Positions 9,136-20,313 are shown, numbered from the stretch's first letter. The stretch: 32,339 nt of DNA from Pirellulales bacterium (GCA_048633705.1 JAIWBS010000029.1:1-32339); one strand, 5' to 3'. The notes: generated from the letters alone by a model not told the origin. A program made the numbers and translations.

Positions 9136-9627
9136 TTAACTAAAAATCCTAACGACAAAAGTTTCTATGATGGCTACCCCGACTGCGATTTTAATAATAG
9201 TAGTTCCCAGGTATAGTATTACCTTGTAATCTTTGGTCTCAACAGAAAAAACTGGGTCTCGGCCGGATAAAATTACCCCAAAGGCTGCTCCGGCGATTGT
9301 CCCAATAATCATCATACTGGTTGACCCCGAGGTACCTCCGATTATCCCTCCCAAAACAGCACCAATAATACCTCTGGTCCCCAGGTTTATCTTTTTCTTT
9401 CCCCAAATAACCTGCAAATAATCCACCAAAATGGCAAAAAGAGCTATTGAGGTAATAAACAGAATATAATTTTTGTCCAGAACCTCGAATTTGGTCAAAC
9501 TGCCGTAAAAGAAGACCCCGGTCCAAATCAAAATGATACCTGGCAAATTAGGGACAACAATTCCCATCAAGCCAACTAGCATGATTAGTAACGAAATCGT
9601 TAAAACGCAAATTTCGACGAGGGCCAT
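9136..9627 (-). CDS. Small multi-pass membrane protein, DUF456-like
   Basis: 163 aa with four hydrophobic segments and a Gly-rich segment, GAVLGGIIGGTSGS. The family assignment is from memory only. Confidence 0.5.
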   Translation of the reverse strand: MALVEICVLTISLLIMLVGLMGIVVPNLPGIILIWTGVFFYGSLTKFEVLDKNYILFITSIALFAILVDYLQVIWGKKKINLGTRGIIGAVLGGIIGGTSGSTSMMIIGTIAGAAFGVILSGRDPVFSVETKDYKVILYLGTTIIKIAVGVAIIETFVVRIFS

Positions 9628-9628
9628 T

Positions 9629-10321
9629 TTACCATTGATAATTATTTAGGGCATCCTGGGCAGCTGCCAACTGAGCTTCTTGTTTAGAACTGCCTTTGCC
9701 TTGACCGGCAGATTTTTCTTCTAGATATACTCCTATTTTAAATACTTTTTTATGATCAGGGCCTTTTTCTGAAATTACTTTATAGACCGGGGTAATATTT
9801 AGTTTTTCCTGGCTCAATTCCTGAAACTTACTCTTGGGATCCAAGTATGACTGATCGGCTAATATCTGATCGAATTTGATTAAAAGATTATCGTGGATAA
9901 ACTTGATACAGGCCTCTATCCCTTGATCTAGATAAATCGCTCCAATTAGAGCTTCAGAAACATTAGCCAAAATCATTTGTCTGGCTTTACTATTATTATC
10001 TTTTGATTCACCTTTACTAAGATAGAGATAATTCTCCATTCCCAACTCTTTCGATAACTCTGAGATTATTTGAGAATTAACCAGGCTGGCCCGCCAATTG
10101 GTCAGATCTCCTTCTTCCGACCTGGGGTATTTTTTAAAAAGCCATTCGGTGGTAATTAACTCCAAAACCGCATCACCTAAAAACTCTAATCGTTCATTGT
10201 GCCCTAATTTAAAATTAGGATGCTCATTCAGATAGGAACGGTGAATAAAGGCTTTCTTCAATAAATCCTTATTTTGGAAACTAATACCTATCTTTTTTTC
10301 AAATTTTGAGAAATCACGCAT
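9629..10321 (-). CDS. rnc: Ribonuclease III
   Basis: Contains the signature NERLEFLGDAVLE and a C-terminal dsRBD (GPDHKKVF...GSSKQEAQLAAAQDAL). Confidence 0.93.
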   Translation of the reverse strand: MRDFSKFEKKIGISFQNKDLLKKAFIHRSYLNEHPNFKLGHNERLEFLGDAVLELITTEWLFKKYPRSEEGDLTNWRASLVNSQIISELSKELGMENYLYLSKGESKDNNSKARQMILANVSEALIGAIYLDQGIEACIKFIHDNLLIKFDQILADQSYLDPKSKFQELSQEKLNITPVYKVISEKGPDHKKVFKIGVYLEEKSAGQGKGSSKQEAQLAAAQDALNNYQW

Positions 10322-10743
10322 TATTGTTGAGATTCCTGCATATCTTTAAATATTGCTCCTAATACCCCGTTGACAAACTTACCCGACGACTCACCACCGA
10401 AGGTCTTGGCCAATTCAATAGCTTCATTTATTGCCACCTTTGGCGGTATATCATCATCGAACCTCAATTCATAAACTCCGATCCGAAGAACATTTCTGTC
10501 AACAACGGTAATTTGCTCAATCGGCCACTCTGGTGCATATTTGGTAATCAACCGGTTTATCTCTTTGATATTTTTTTGAACGCCTAATACCAAATTATCC
10601 GAAAAATTCTCATCATCAAAATCCGGAGCAAACTCCTGCAAATTATGTGCAACAATTTCTTTAAGGTCTTCCTTCCCTTTGCTGAAATCCCACTGATACA
10701 GACTTTGCATGGCAATAGTACGGGCGAGGTGACGATTGGACAT
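10321..10743 (-). CDS. nusB: Transcription antitermination factor NusB
   Basis: [17 protein letters not shown]..., [12 protein letters not shown] and [11 protein letters not shown] are NusB motifs. The stop codon overlaps the rnc start (TAATG). Confidence 0.9.
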   Translation of the reverse strand: MSNRHLARTIAMQSLYQWDFSKGKEDLKEIVAHNLQEFAPDFDDENFSDNLVLGVQKNIKEINRLITKYAPEWPIEQITVVDRNVLRIGVYELRFDDDIPPKVAINEAIELAKTFGGESSGKFVNGVLGAIFKDMQESQQ

Positions 10744-10763
10744 ATTAAAGTACTATTACTTAA

Positions 10764-11003
10764 TTATTTCCTTTTTTCAGTCTTGGCTTTGGCTTTAGCG
10801 TCCTTGGCCTTTTTCTTCTCTTCTTTAGTCAAAACTTTGAATACTTCCTGACCTTTATAATGGCCACAAAAGGGGCAAACTCGATGAGGAGGGATCATTT
10901 TATTACAATTGCTGCATTTGGTTAAAGCGAGTTTTTTCAAAGCAAAATGAGAAGCTCTGGACTTCTTGCAATGACGAGTTGATTTTTTAGATGGTACTCC
11001 CAT
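10764..11003 (-). CDS. rpmF: 50S ribosomal protein L32 with a Lys-rich C-terminal tail
   Basis: Contains MGVPSKKSTRHCKKSRASH and a CxxC...CxxC zinc-ribbon (CSNCNK...CPFCG). Confidence 0.88.
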   Translation of the reverse strand: MGVPSKKSTRHCKKSRASHFALKKLALTKCSNCNKMIPPHRVCPFCGHYKGQEVFKVLTKEEKKKAKDAKAKAKTEKRK

Positions 11004-11027
11004 ATCTTCTTAAATTATATAAGTAAT

Positions 11028-13541
11028 CTAGATTAATGTCACGGAGGCCACTTGATCAGACTTATCGGAAAAACGCATCAATCTCACCCCCTGGGTGGCT
11101 CGACCCGAAGTGGAAACCGATTTAAGGGGCAGGCGTATCACCTGACCTTTTTTGGAAATAATTATTAAATCCTTTTCTTCAACTTTTGGGTTCATAATTC
11201 TACCCCAGATAATATGACCAGTTTTGGGAGTAATTTTGGCCGTCTTGATACCAGAACCAGCTCGGCTTTGCAATCGATAAAACCGCAGGGAAGTTCTTTT
11301 ACCAAAACCATTGGCCATCACAACTAGAAACTGCAACTGGTTATACTGATTATCTTTTTCGATCACATCCATACTAACCACCTGATCATCTTTTTTCAAC
11401 CTTATCCCCTTAACACCAGTGGCGTTTCGTCCCATCACCCTTATTTGTTTTTCGGCAAAACGGATTGATTGACCATTTTGAGTACAGAGGATTATCTCGT
11501 CTTTGCCAGATGAGGCTTTTACCCATTGCAATAGATCATCTTTTTTCAGGCGAATGGCAATTAGACCAGACTTTCTCACTTTTTGGAAACTAGCGATATC
11601 CACTTTTTTAATAACACCTTTTTCTGTCACCATTACCAGATACTTACATCTTCCTTTGATCAAATCAGTTAAATCATGAACTGCGGAAATTTTCTCATCC
11701 GGGCCCAACTGCAGAAAATTTACAATAGCCTGGCCCTTGGCCGTTCTGGAAGCAACCGGGATATCGTAAGCTTTTAACTGAAAAACCCGGCCGGCTGTAG
11801 TAAAGAAAAGTAAGTCGGCGTGAGTATTGGTGGAGAAAAATTGTTCGACCGTATCCGTCTCTTTGGTAGTTAAACCAATTACTCCCTTACCTCCTCGTTT
11901 TTGGGTACGGAAAGTTTCAGGAGTCGCTCTCTTTACATAACCATCCTTGGTGACCACCACAATCGTTGGTTCCTTGGGGATTAAATCTTCCTGGGTAAAT
12001 TTGCCAATCGGCTGTTGATTGACGGTTGTCCTTCTATCATCTCCAAATTTTTCTTTCAAGGCACCCATTTCATCTTTAATCACTTTCAATATCCTTTTGG
12101 GAGACGACAAAACTAATTTCAGGTTTTTAATCAATTGCAGTTTTTCTTTTAATTCATCCTCGATTTTTTTTCTTTCCAGGTTAGCCAATTGATGTAATCT
12201 CATTTCCAGAATAGCTACGGTTTGAATTTCTGTAAATTTAAATTTTTTCATCAAGTTCTTTTTAGCATCATCCTTATCTTTTGATCTCCTGATTGTCTTA
12301 ATAACTAGATCCAATTGATCCAGCGCCTTTTTTAACCCTTTTAACACATGTGCTCTTTCTTCGGCTTTTCTAAGATCAAACTCAGTGCGCCGCCGCACCA
12401 CTACCTGACGGTGTTTGATAAACTCTTCCAAGACACTCTTTAAAGTCAGCACCCGAGGCTGAACCCCCTCAACCAAAGCCAACATGTTCATGTGAAAATT
12501 GTCTTGGAGCTGAGTATGGGAATACAGGCGGTTTAAAATCTTATTAGGGTAGGCCTCCTTTTTTAAATCAATAACAATCCGCACTTCTCCCTTGGATGAT
12601 TCGTCGCGAATGTCCCTGATGCCGACTAATCTTTTTTCCTGGATCAAATCAGCTATTTTGCTGATTAAATTTGCCTTATTAACTTGATAGGGAATTTCGT
12701 TGATAATTATCTGATAAAAACCGGTTTTGGCTTCAATAATCTCGGCTTTGCCTCTCATCACAATTCGTCCCTTGCCGGTAGCGTATGCTTGTTTAATTTC
12801 AGCAATATCAAAAATTTCTCCTCCAGTGGGAAAATCAGGTCCTTTGATAAACTGCATCAAATCTTCAACGTTTGCTTCTGGGTTATCTATCAAATGAATG
12901 ATTCCATCAACTAATTCGCTCAAATTATGAGGAGGGACGGCAGTAGCCATACCCACTGCAATACCGACTGTACCGTTTAACAACAGTTGGGGCAGCTTGG
13001 AAGGTAAAACCAGCGGTTCTTTTTGAGTCCCATCATAGTTGGGAAGAAAATCAACCGTATCTCTCTCGATATCATGGAGAGCTTCTTCTGATATCCGTTG
13101 CAATTTGGCTTCGGTATAACGCATGGCCGCTGCGTTATCACCGTCCATCGAACCAAAATTTCCCTGACCGTTAATCAAAGGATAGCGCAAAGAAAAATCC
13201 TGGGCCATTCTGACCATGGAATCGTAAACCGCCATGTCGCCATGGGGATGATATTTGCCTAAAACTTCACCGACCACTGCGGCTGATTTCCTGTGCTTGG
13301 CACCGGAACGCAATCCCATTTGCCACATAGCGTAAAGAATTCTGCGGTGTACCGGTTTTAAACCATCACGTACATCTGGCAGGGCTCTAGCTACAATCAC
13401 CGACATGGCATAATCCAGATAGGACGTCTTCATTTCCTCTACTATAGGTTGTGGCTCGACTCTACCTGTTGTAACTGGTTTTTGGTCAGTTGTTTCGGTT
13501 TTCGGCTTTAGTTTTATAGGTTTTTTCTTTTGACTAGCCAT
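11028..13541 (-). CDS. gyrA: DNA gyrase subunit A
   Basis: Contains [19 protein letters not shown], active-site [10 protein letters not shown] and C-terminal beta-pinwheel repeats. The N-terminal ~35 aa are a Lys-rich extension. Confidence 0.95.
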   Translation of the reverse strand: MASQKKKPIKLKPKTETTDQKPVTTGRVEPQPIVEEMKTSYLDYAMSVIVARALPDVRDGLKPVHRRILYAMWQMGLRSGAKHRKSAAVVGEVLGKYHPHGDMAVYDSMVRMAQDFSLRYPLINGQGNFGSMDGDNAAAMRYTEAKLQRISEEALHDIERDTVDFLPNYDGTQKEPLVLPSKLPQLLLNGTVGIAVGMATAVPPHNLSELVDGIIHLIDNPEANVEDLMQFIKGPDFPTGGEIFDIAEIKQAYATGKGRIVMRGKAEIIEAKTGFYQIIINEIPYQVNKANLISKIADLIQEKRLVGIRDIRDESSKGEVRIVIDLKKEAYPNKILNRLYSHTQLQDNFHMNMLALVEGVQPRVLTLKSVLEEFIKHRQVVVRRRTEFDLRKAEERAHVLKGLKKALDQLDLVIKTIRRSKDKDDAKKNLMKKFKFTEIQTVAILEMRLHQLANLERKKIEDELKEKLQLIKNLKLVLSSPKRILKVIKDEMGALKEKFGDDRRTTVNQQPIGKFTQEDLIPKEPTIVVVTKDGYVKRATPETFRTQKRGGKGVIGLTTKETDTVEQFFSTNTHADLLFFTTAGRVFQLKAYDIPVASRTAKGQAIVNFLQLGPDEKISAVHDLTDLIKGRCKYLVMVTEKGVIKKVDIASFQKVRKSGLIAIRLKKDDLLQWVKASSGKDEIILCTQNGQSIRFAEKQIRVMGRNATGVKGIRLKKDDQVVSMDVIEKDNQYNQLQFLVVMANGFGKRTSLRFYRLQSRAGSGIKTAKITPKTGHIIWGRIMNPKVEEKDLIIISKKGQVIRLPLKSVSTSGRATQGVRLMRFSDKSDQVASVTLI

Positions 13542-13546
13542 ATTGT

Positions 13547-14011
13547 TTAATCTTTTTCTACAAACTGAGGAAAGACTCTTTTCTCGACCTCTTCTAAATT
13601 TTGCTCGGATGAAGATTCGATATTATCTACATTTTGAATATTGGAAAAAACTTGACCGGCTCCTTGAAAAACATTGGTTAATTTCTGACCTGCTTCTTGC
13701 AAAAGAGTAATATCGGGGCCTGATCTGATAATCATCCCTTTAAAGTAAAAAAGCCAGCCGGTAAAGATTAACACTACCATCACTGTCACCCAAACAAATA
13801 ACTGTTTCTTTTGTTTACTGGTACCGAGAGATTTAGGCTGTCTTTTTTTTGCCGCCAATTTACGGTTAGCTGTTTTGCCCTTTTTTTTGTCAGGTTCAGT
13901 TTTGGTCGGTTTAAATTTCTCGTCTTTGGCATCCTCTACCGTTACCTCGCTTTTAGCAATAATGCGAACGGGGATTTTGGCTTCTTTCTTACCTTTTTGG
14001 GGATTGGGCAT
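13547..14011 (-). CDS. Hypothetical single-pass membrane protein with a Lys-rich N-terminus (154 aa)
   Basis: The ORF is tightly packed between gyrA and the MBL hydrolase gene. It has one hydrophobic helix, [20 protein letters not shown]. Confidence 0.55.
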   Translation of the reverse strand: MPNPQKGKKEAKIPVRIIAKSEVTVEDAKDEKFKPTKTEPDKKKGKTANRKLAAKKRQPKSLGTSKQKKQLFVWVTVMVVLIFTGWLFYFKGMIIRSGPDITLLQEAGQKLTNVFQGAGQVFSNIQNVDNIESSSEQNLEEVEKRVFPQFVEKD

Positions 14012-14013
14012 AA

Positions 14014-14658
14014 TTATGATCTTAACAATACCACTTGGGTTTCTTCTTGCGGCAAATCCTTCTTGGTCACTTTTAATTTATCTTGAAAATTATTCTCTTT
14101 TAACCCCATCTCTAAAGCAAATTTTTTAAGCCCTTGAACTTCCACTTTTAATCCAGGAACTTTGTAATGCATAGGGATAACAATCCGTGGCTCAATCTGA
14201 CTAATTACCTGGCTGGCAACTTTGGCGTCTATGGTATAAACTCCGCCAACTGGAATCATTAATATATCTACTTCACCCAAACGATCCAACTGATCGTCAG
14301 ACAATTTGTGGCCCAAATCTCCCAGGTGAGCGATTTTCAAACCGTCGATATTAAATAAAAATATTAAATTGGTACCCCGATCTTTTCCCTCTTTCTCGTC
14401 ATGATAAGTTGGTATACCCCAAACAAAAGCTCCCTTTATTTCATATTCACCGGGTCTTTTTATAATTTGAGGATTGCCGTTAACTTCTTTGGCCGCGTTA
14501 TGATCTAAATGATCATGACTGATTGTCACAATGTCTGCTGTCACTTTTGGCAGCCGAAATCCGACTTTCTTCTTTTCGTAGGGGTCTGTTACTACCACTA
14601 CCTTGCTTCCTTCGATTTTAAAACAGGAGTGTCCTAACCAATAAATATTCATCTGCAA
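14014..14658 (-). CDS. MBL-fold metal-dependent hydrolase (UPF0173-like)
   Basis: Contains the HxHxDH motif ISHDHLDHN, and later HLGDLGH and PMH. Confidence 0.8.
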   Translation of the reverse strand: MQMNIYWLGHSCFKIEGSKVVVVTDPYEKKKVGFRLPKVTADIVTISHDHLDHNAAKEVNGNPQIIKRPGEYEIKGAFVWGIPTYHDEKEGKDRGTNLIFLFNIDGLKIAHLGDLGHKLSDDQLDRLGEVDILMIPVGGVYTIDAKVASQVISQIEPRIVIPMHYKVPGLKVEVQGLKKFALEMGLKENNFQDKLKVTKKDLPQEETQVVLLRS

Positions 14659-14758
14659 TCATTAATTTTTTCTGCTTCAAGCTTAGCATGTTTTATGGCA
14701 AAAGTAAAGTTCTTTTTGGGACAAAAAAATAGCTATTCTTAGCCATTTTTTAGGGTTA

Positions 14759-15577
14759 TTAGAAGGGGAGATTCTCGTCAATATCTGGTTCTTCCGATTG
14801 AACCGGTTGTGGGGTTTCCGAAGCTGATCCTTGAGATCTTTTTTCAGGAGTTTTTTCTTCTGAAGGCACTTCAATGCTGCGATGTACTTCAGGCTCATTG
14901 CCTTCTGGAAATGACTGTTCTTGGTTCCCAGGAGACTGACCTTCCAAAGAAGAAGTGCGGCCTTTATCTCCCTCCAAAGCCGATGTTCGGATTTCATTAT
15001 TCTGATTTTGTTCTGTTTGTTTGGTAATTTCGCTTATTCTTTGTTGGGCTTGCTGACGTTGGCTGCCCGGAGCCCTAAATGCTTTGGCTTTTTCAGACGC
15101 TCCGCTCCGCCTCTCTTTAGCTCTGCCCCTTCGGCCAGGTATGCTGGTTCCGTATCGACTTTGCTCAAAAGCGTATAATTCAGCCTCCTTTTCTCTCCCC
15201 ACCTCTTGTTTTCTTTCAGCTCTTAATCTATCTCTAAATCTTTTGGCACCCTCAGTATAAACGCCACGGGCTGTTCGGTGGTGAACATTCTTAACATCAA
15301 TTTTTAAACCTTTGGGGCGATCTTCTCCTCTGGCTGCTTCTTGAAAAGCTCTAATAATTTTTTCAGCTCTTTTTGCAGGAATTCTGGCTACATCAGATGC
15401 TGCTTTTTCTTTTAAATAATCGTAATGTCCGGTCGCTTTAGCAATTTTTCGAAATTTAGTATTTTTTAAGATATCAGCGGGGCCCTTATTTTCCATCTTA
15501 AACATGCCACCTAGGGTCTTGGTAAATAATTTGCCTCCCATATCTTTAGGAGGAGTAAAAGCGGGTGTCTTGGCCAT
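14759..15577 (-). CDS. Hypothetical basic, largely disordered protein (272 aa), locally GC-enriched
   Basis: This is the longest ORF in the interval. It is Arg/Lys/Gln/Glu-rich and has no recognised motif. The overlapping 14683-14997 ORF is judged spurious. Confidence 0.55.
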   Translation of the reverse strand: MAKTPAFTPPKDMGGKLFTKTLGGMFKMENKGPADILKNTKFRKIAKATGHYDYLKEKAASDVARIPAKRAEKIIRAFQEAARGEDRPKGLKIDVKNVHHRTARGVYTEGAKRFRDRLRAERKQEVGREKEAELYAFEQSRYGTSIPGRRGRAKERRSGASEKAKAFRAPGSQRQQAQQRISEITKQTEQNQNNEIRTSALEGDKGRTSSLEGQSPGNQEQSFPEGNEPEVHRSIEVPSEEKTPEKRSQGSASETPQPVQSEEPDIDENLPF

Positions 15578-15636
15578 ATATTTTTTTATTCTTCCCTAAT
15601 TTTAGCAAAAAAACAGCTGAAAGTCAACTAAAACCC

Positions 15637-15665
15637 TTGCCAAAAAATCAATTATTATCTATACT
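15637..15665 (+). promoter_or_regulatory. Candidate sigma70 promoter for rpsA
   Basis: TTGCCA (15637-15642), a 17-nt spacer, then TATACT (15660-15665), about 80 nt upstream of the rpsA ATG. Confidence 0.45.
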
Positions 15666-15745
15666 GCTTATACATCTAATCCATCTGTCGCTACAAACGA
15701 CAGGGCTTACTGCAAATAAGTGGGCTAACTATCTAATAATTAATT

Positions 15746-17089
15746 ATGACAACTAAAACCAAGGCCAGCCCTAAAACTGAGACCACATCAGAAAGTAAAA
15801 TGGAAAAACTGCTGGCTGAATATGAGTCTTATAATATCCCCAAAGTTGGGGATTTAATTGAAGGTACAGTAATTTCTGTTTCCAAATCAGAGGTTCATTT
15901 AGACATCGAGGGGTTGGGCACCGGAGTAATCAGGGGAAATGAATTAATCGATGAATCAGGTGAGTGTTCTGATCTTTCAATCGGTGATAAAGCTCAAGCT
16001 ACTGTTTTTGAACTGGAAAATGAAAATCGTCAAATGGAGCTATCTTTTCGCTCAGCTGGACATCAAAAAGCCTGGGATGAATTAGAACAATTGTATAAAG
16101 ACAAAAAAATTGTAGAAGCTAAAGTGACTGACGCTAATAAGGGCGGGCTAATGGTCAGAGTGAAAAGAATCGAAGGGTTTCTACCGGTATCTCAACTAAC
16201 TACTGAACATTATCCTAGAGTAGAAGGTGGAGATAAAAATAAAATATTAGAAATACTAGCTAAATTCGTTAATCAAAAATTCAAAGTCCGCCTGATCGAC
16301 CTGTCCGAATCAGAAAACAAGCTGATTGTTTCTGAAAAGGCCGCCCATGAAGAAGAACAAAGCAAGGTATTGGAAAAATACAAACTTGGCGATAAAGTTG
16401 AAGGTCAAATTTCCGGAGTAGTCGACTTTGGCGCCTTTATCGAATTCGGTGATAGATTGGAAGGCCTAATTCACATCTCAGAATTAGCCTGGCAAAGAAT
16501 TGAAAATCCTAAAGACATTGTCAAAGTTGGTCAAAAAGTAAAAGCCGAAATTATTAGTATCGACGATGGCCGAGTTTCTCTTTCTATCAAGAAACTGAAG
16601 GACGACCCCTGGAAAAAATCAGTTGAAAAATACAAGGTCGGACAAACAGTCAAAGGCACTGTTTTGAAAATAAATCCTTTTGGCGCCTTTATTGAGTTAG
16701 ATAAAGACATCCACGGCCTTGCCCATATTTCTGAACTGGCCCACCATAAAATATCCGACCCTTCAGAAATCGTTAAAGTGGGAACAAGCCATAACTTCAA
16801 AATCTTATCAATAGAGCCTAATAATCATCGATTAGGTCTGTCTTTAAAAGCTTTACAAAAAAAGAGGTCAGAGGCAAATACTATCTCTGATAAAGAAGAG
16901 ACAAAATCAGGGGAAAAAGAAAAGTCCGTCTCTGGCGGAAAAGAAGAAAAAAAGGAAGAAGCCGAAAAACCAGCCAAACCAGTTGAAGAGAAAGAAGAAG
17001 AGAAGTCCGAAGTAAAGTCTGAAAAAAAATCTGAAGCGAAAAAAGAAGAAAAACCAGCTGAAGTTAAAGAAAAAAAATCAACAGCGTAA
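15746..17089 (+). CDS. rpsA: 30S ribosomal protein S1 (four S1 domains) with a Lys/Glu-rich C-terminal tail
   Basis: Four repeats of the S1 OB-fold pattern are present, for example GDKVEGQISGVVDFGAFIEF...GLIHISEL and GQTVKGTVLKINPFGAFIEL...GLAHISEL. Confidence 0.9.
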   Translation: MTTKTKASPKTETTSESKMEKLLAEYESYNIPKVGDLIEGTVISVSKSEVHLDIEGLGTGVIRGNELIDESGECSDLSIGDKAQATVFELENENRQMELSFRSAGHQKAWDELEQLYKDKKIVEAKVTDANKGGLMVRVKRIEGFLPVSQLTTEHYPRVEGGDKNKILEILAKFVNQKFKVRLIDLSESENKLIVSEKAAHEEEQSKVLEKYKLGDKVEGQISGVVDFGAFIEFGDRLEGLIHISELAWQRIENPKDIVKVGQKVKAEIISIDDGRVSLSIKKLKDDPWKKSVEKYKVGQTVKGTVLKINPFGAFIELDKDIHGLAHISELAHHKISDPSEIVKVGTSHNFKILSIEPNNHRLGLSLKALQKKRSEANTISDKEETKSGEKEKSVSGGKEEKKEEAEKPAKPVEEKEEEKSEVKSEKKSEAKKEEKPAEVKEKKSTA

Positions 17090-17146
17090 CCTCATTGTCG
17101 ATTTGCCATATCTTAGTTATAATTAAGCTGTTTTTACAGAGACATT

Positions 17147-18967
17147 ATGAAAAACGTCTTTAAAAATTTCATTATCTTTTTTCTGATTTTTTTGGTGTTG
17201 GCTGGTATACTCAGCGCCTATTCCACTTCCTGGGATGAACCAACCAGTATTAGCCTAGGTCAATTAGTTGAACAAATCGAAAACGAGGAAGTAGAAGGAA
17301 TTACGGTCAAGGGAGATGAGATTAATATTGTCCTAAAAAGTGGTCAAGAACAAATCACTCGCAAAGAACCAAATGAATCTTTATCTACCCTTTTAAAAAA
17401 TTACCAAGTCGACCCGGCCAAGATTAAAGGTGTCAGTATCGCTGTAGAAACCAATACCGGCGCTGCCTTTTGGCTAGGCTCTATTTTGCCTTTTCTAATT
17501 CCCTTCTTACTGATTGGTGCAATTATTTTCTTTATGTTCCGTCAAGTCCAGGGCACTAATAAAAGGGCTATGTCATTCGGCAAATCACGGGCCAGGGAAA
17601 CTACAGCCAAAGATAAAAATAAAGTAACTTTCAAAGATGTAGCCGGTGTAAAAGAAGCCAAAGAAGAATTGAAAGAGGTAGTCGATTTTTTAAAGTACCC
17701 TAAAAAATTCATTTCCTTGGGCGCTAAAATTCCCAAAGGGGTTATGTTGATCGGGGCACCAGGAACCGGCAAAACTTTACTGGCTCGGGCTGTAGCCGGT
17801 GAGGCCAATGTTCCCTTTTTTCACATTTCCGGTTCTGAATTCGTTGAAATGTTTGTTGGAGTAGGGGCTTCTCGGGTCCGTGATTTATTCAAAAATGCTA
17901 AAAAGAATACCCCTTGTATTGTTTTCATTGACGAAATCGACGCAGTCGGCAGACAAAGGGGTGCCGGCCTAGGCGGTTCTCATGACGAACGTGAACAAAC
18001 GCTCAATCAGATACTGGTTGAATTAGACGGCTTTGACACTGACACCAGGGTTATAGTAATAGCAGCCACTAACCGACCAGATATTTTAGACAAGGCCCTC
18101 TTGCGTCCTGGCCGCTTTGACCGCCGGGTAACTTTGGACCTTCCTGATATTGATGACCGAGAAGGAATCCTAAAAGTCCATATCAAAGAAAAGCCATTAG
18201 GCAAAGATGTTAACATAAGAAGTTTGGCAGAAAGAACTCCTGGTTTTACCGGGGCTGATTTAGCCAACCTGCTCAACGAAGCAGCAATTTTATCGGCTAG
18301 GCGTAACAAAAAATATATTGGTATGTCTGAATGTTTAGAAAGTATCGAAAAAGTTTTGTTGGGACCCGAGCGCAAATCAAAATTACTGTCCAAAAAAGAA
18401 AAAGAAATAACTGCCTGGCACGAAGCCGGCCACGCCTTAGTGGCCCACCAATTACCCAATACTGACCCGGTTAGAAAAGTTTCCATAATATCTCGAGGCA
18501 ATGCTGCTGGCTATACTCTAAAGTTACCAAAACGGGATAAATATCTGAAAACAAAAACTGAATTCTTGGAAGAATTGGCTGTATTAATGGCTGGTCAAGT
18601 TGCGGAAAAAGAGATATTTAATGAAGTGACAACTGGTGCCACCAACGACATCAGAGAAGCAACCAAATTGGCCCGCCGCATGGTCACTGAGTTTGGAATG
18701 AGTGAAAAATTGGGACCACGTACTTTTGGTGAAAGAGAAGAGCTAATCTTTCTGGGCCGAGAGATTCATGAAGAGCGCGATTATTCAGATAAAGTAGCTC
18801 AACAGATCGACAGCGAAGTTTCCAGCTTTATTGACAATGCTTACAAAAAAGCTAAGAATATAATCATTAGGGCTAAACCGATGCTGAAAAAGATAGCTGA
18901 TACTCTTATTAAAAAGGAATCTATTGAACAAGAAGAATTTAACGCCCTGTTTAAAGCCACAACCTAA
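17147..18967 (+). CDS. ftsH: ATP-dependent zinc metalloprotease FtsH
   Basis: N-terminal TM segments, Walker A GAPGTGKT, Walker [13 protein letters not shown] region [19 protein letters not shown] and zinc motif HEAGHAL. Confidence 0.95.
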   Translation: MKNVFKNFIIFFLIFLVLAGILSAYSTSWDEPTSISLGQLVEQIENEEVEGITVKGDEINIVLKSGQEQITRKEPNESLSTLLKNYQVDPAKIKGVSIAVETNTGAAFWLGSILPFLIPFLLIGAIIFFMFRQVQGTNKRAMSFGKSRARETTAKDKNKVTFKDVAGVKEAKEELKEVVDFLKYPKKFISLGAKIPKGVMLIGAPGTGKTLLARAVAGEANVPFFHISGSEFVEMFVGVGASRVRDLFKNAKKNTPCIVFIDEIDAVGRQRGAGLGGSHDEREQTLNQILVELDGFDTDTRVIVIAATNRPDILDKALLRPGRFDRRVTLDLPDIDDREGILKVHIKEKPLGKDVNIRSLAERTPGFTGADLANLLNEAAILSARRNKKYIGMSECLESIEKVLLGPERKSKLLSKKEKEITAWHEAGHALVAHQLPNTDPVRKVSIISRGNAAGYTLKLPKRDKYLKTKTEFLEELAVLMAGQVAEKEIFNEVTTGATNDIREATKLARRMVTEFGMSEKLGPRTFGEREELIFLGREIHEERDYSDKVAQQIDSEVSSFIDNAYKKAKNIIIRAKPMLKKIADTLIKKESIEQEEFNALFKATT

Positions 18968-19007
18968 ACTTATTGATTCTTTATTTTATTAATAAATTGG
19001 GGGAAAT

Positions 19008-20000
19008 ATGAAAATCTATCGACCGATTTTGCAAAAAGCTTGGGAAATTACCCGTCGCTACAAATTTTTGTGGTTTTTTGGTGCTTTTGCCGCCATTTTG
19101 GGAAATGGAGGAGAGGTGGAAATTGTCTACAACAACATCACCAGTTTTCCGGAAGTATCAAATAATCTATCTTTTCTCAAGGAACTCTATAAGGCGGGTC
19201 GTTTGGAAGAACTATTCAACTTCTTCTCGCAGTATTTTAGCACCGGCACTCCAATTGCTATTATCAATTCTATTCTCATAATTCTGATTTTTCTCTTATT
19301 TATCTGGTTAATTGTTATCTCCCAATCTGCCATTATCAACAAGGTGTACAAACAGCAAAAAGGAGAATTGGTGGGATTTGACGAAAGTTTCCGAGTGGGG
19401 AGAAAGTTTTTTAAACCAGTCTTTTTAATCACCCTGATTTCTCGCTTAATTATCTACGGTCTTTATGCTGTAATTGGAGGCCCCCTTCTCTATTTCTATC
19501 TAAAATCAGCAGACGCTTCTTGGAGAATCGTCGCCACTTACATGACCGTTTCTTTTCTAATCTTTGTGCCAATCAGTTTCATTATCGCTTTCATTGCCAA
19601 ATACGCAATTTCTTTTGTGGTGATAAAGGGGATGAAAATTGGCAAAGCCATGAAAGAGGGTTGGCGCTTGTTTGTCAAAAATTGGTTGATTAGCTTAGAA
19701 ATGTCGGTTGTCATTTTTCTGATCAATATTCTGGTTGGCCTGGCTTTTCTGGTCGCCTCTGTCTTGATTTCACTCCCCCTTCTTCTATTGTCATCTTTCT
19801 TCGTCACCGTCGCCGGTTCAATGGGCGGAACTTTTATCAGTGTGTTCGTTAGCGCCATAATCTTTGTTGGACTAGTTCTGATGGGATCGGCCTTGGCGGT
19901 ATTCCAATTCTCCTCTTGGACAATGTTATTCCTAAAATTAACTGAAGGCAAAGTGTTGAGTAAATTGGCCAGATTATTTGCCCCCATTAAAGTAAAATAA
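19008..20000 (+). CDS. Hypothetical polytopic membrane protein (330 aa)
   Basis: Long ORF with 6 or more hydrophobic segments. No recognised motif. Confidence 0.6.
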   Translation: MKIYRPILQKAWEITRRYKFLWFFGAFAAILGNGGEVEIVYNNITSFPEVSNNLSFLKELYKAGRLEELFNFFSQYFSTGTPIAIINSILIILIFLLFIWLIVISQSAIINKVYKQQKGELVGFDESFRVGRKFFKPVFLITLISRLIIYGLYAVIGGPLLYFYLKSADASWRIVATYMTVSFLIFVPISFIIAFIAKYAISFVVIKGMKIGKAMKEGWRLFVKNWLISLEMSVVIFLINILVGLAFLVASVLISLPLLLLSSFFVTVAGSMGGTFISVFVSAIIFVGLVLMGSALAVFQFSSWTMLFLKLTEGKVLSKLARLFAPIKVK

Positions 20001-20079
20001 CTTATTGACATCACTTTTCCGATACCGTAAAGTAAAAACACTGAAGTCAGTGATTGTTTTTAGATTTTTATGATTTCTA

Positions 20080-20155
20080 GCGCGTATAGCTCAGTGGTTA
20101 GAGCACCACTCTTATAAAGTGGGGGTCGATGGTTCAAGTCCATCTACGCGCACCA
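20080..20155 (+). tRNA. tRNA-Ile (anticodon TAT), CCA encoded
   Basis: GCGCGTA TA GCTC AGTGGTTA GAGC A CCACT-CTTATAA-AGTGG GGGTC GATGG-TTCAAGT-CCATC TACGCGC A CCA. Confidence 0.88.
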
Positions 20156-20168
20156 GACCACATTTTTC

Positions 20169-20245
20169 GGGGGCGTAGCTCAGTTGGTTAGAGCGTTTGC
20201 TCGACACGCAAAAGGTCAGAGGTTCAACTCCTCTCGCTCCCACCA
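20169..20245 (+). tRNA. tRNA-Val (anticodon GAC), CCA encoded
   Basis: GGGGGCG TA GCTC AGTTGGTTA GAGC G TTTGC-TCGACAC-GCAAA AGGTC AGAGG-TTCAACT-CCTCT CGCTCCC A CCA. Confidence 0.9.
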
Positions 20246-20250
20246 TGTAG

Positions 20251-20284
20251 AGGTCGTCCCGCCAAGGCGGGACATCACCCACCA
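20251..20284 (+). other. tRNA 3'-half-like module 1: AGGTC, GTCCCGC-CAAG-GCGGGAC, ATCACCC, ACCA
   Basis: It starts 5 nt after the CCA of tRNA-Val(GAC). It has a perfect 7-bp hairpin where a T arm would be. No complementary 5' acceptor strand (GGGTGAT) is found nearby. Confidence 0.5.
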
Positions 20285-20313
20285 CTATCCCAAAATCACA
20301 CGGGTCAAACAAG

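Noticed and set aside
14683-14997. 104-aa ORF overlapping the 3' end of the 272-aa gene in another frame; also 4499-4711 overlapping the trmD end and the rRNA promoter
   Set aside because: Both are shorter, overlap a longer ORF or regulatory region on the same strand, and have no motif. They are judged spurious.
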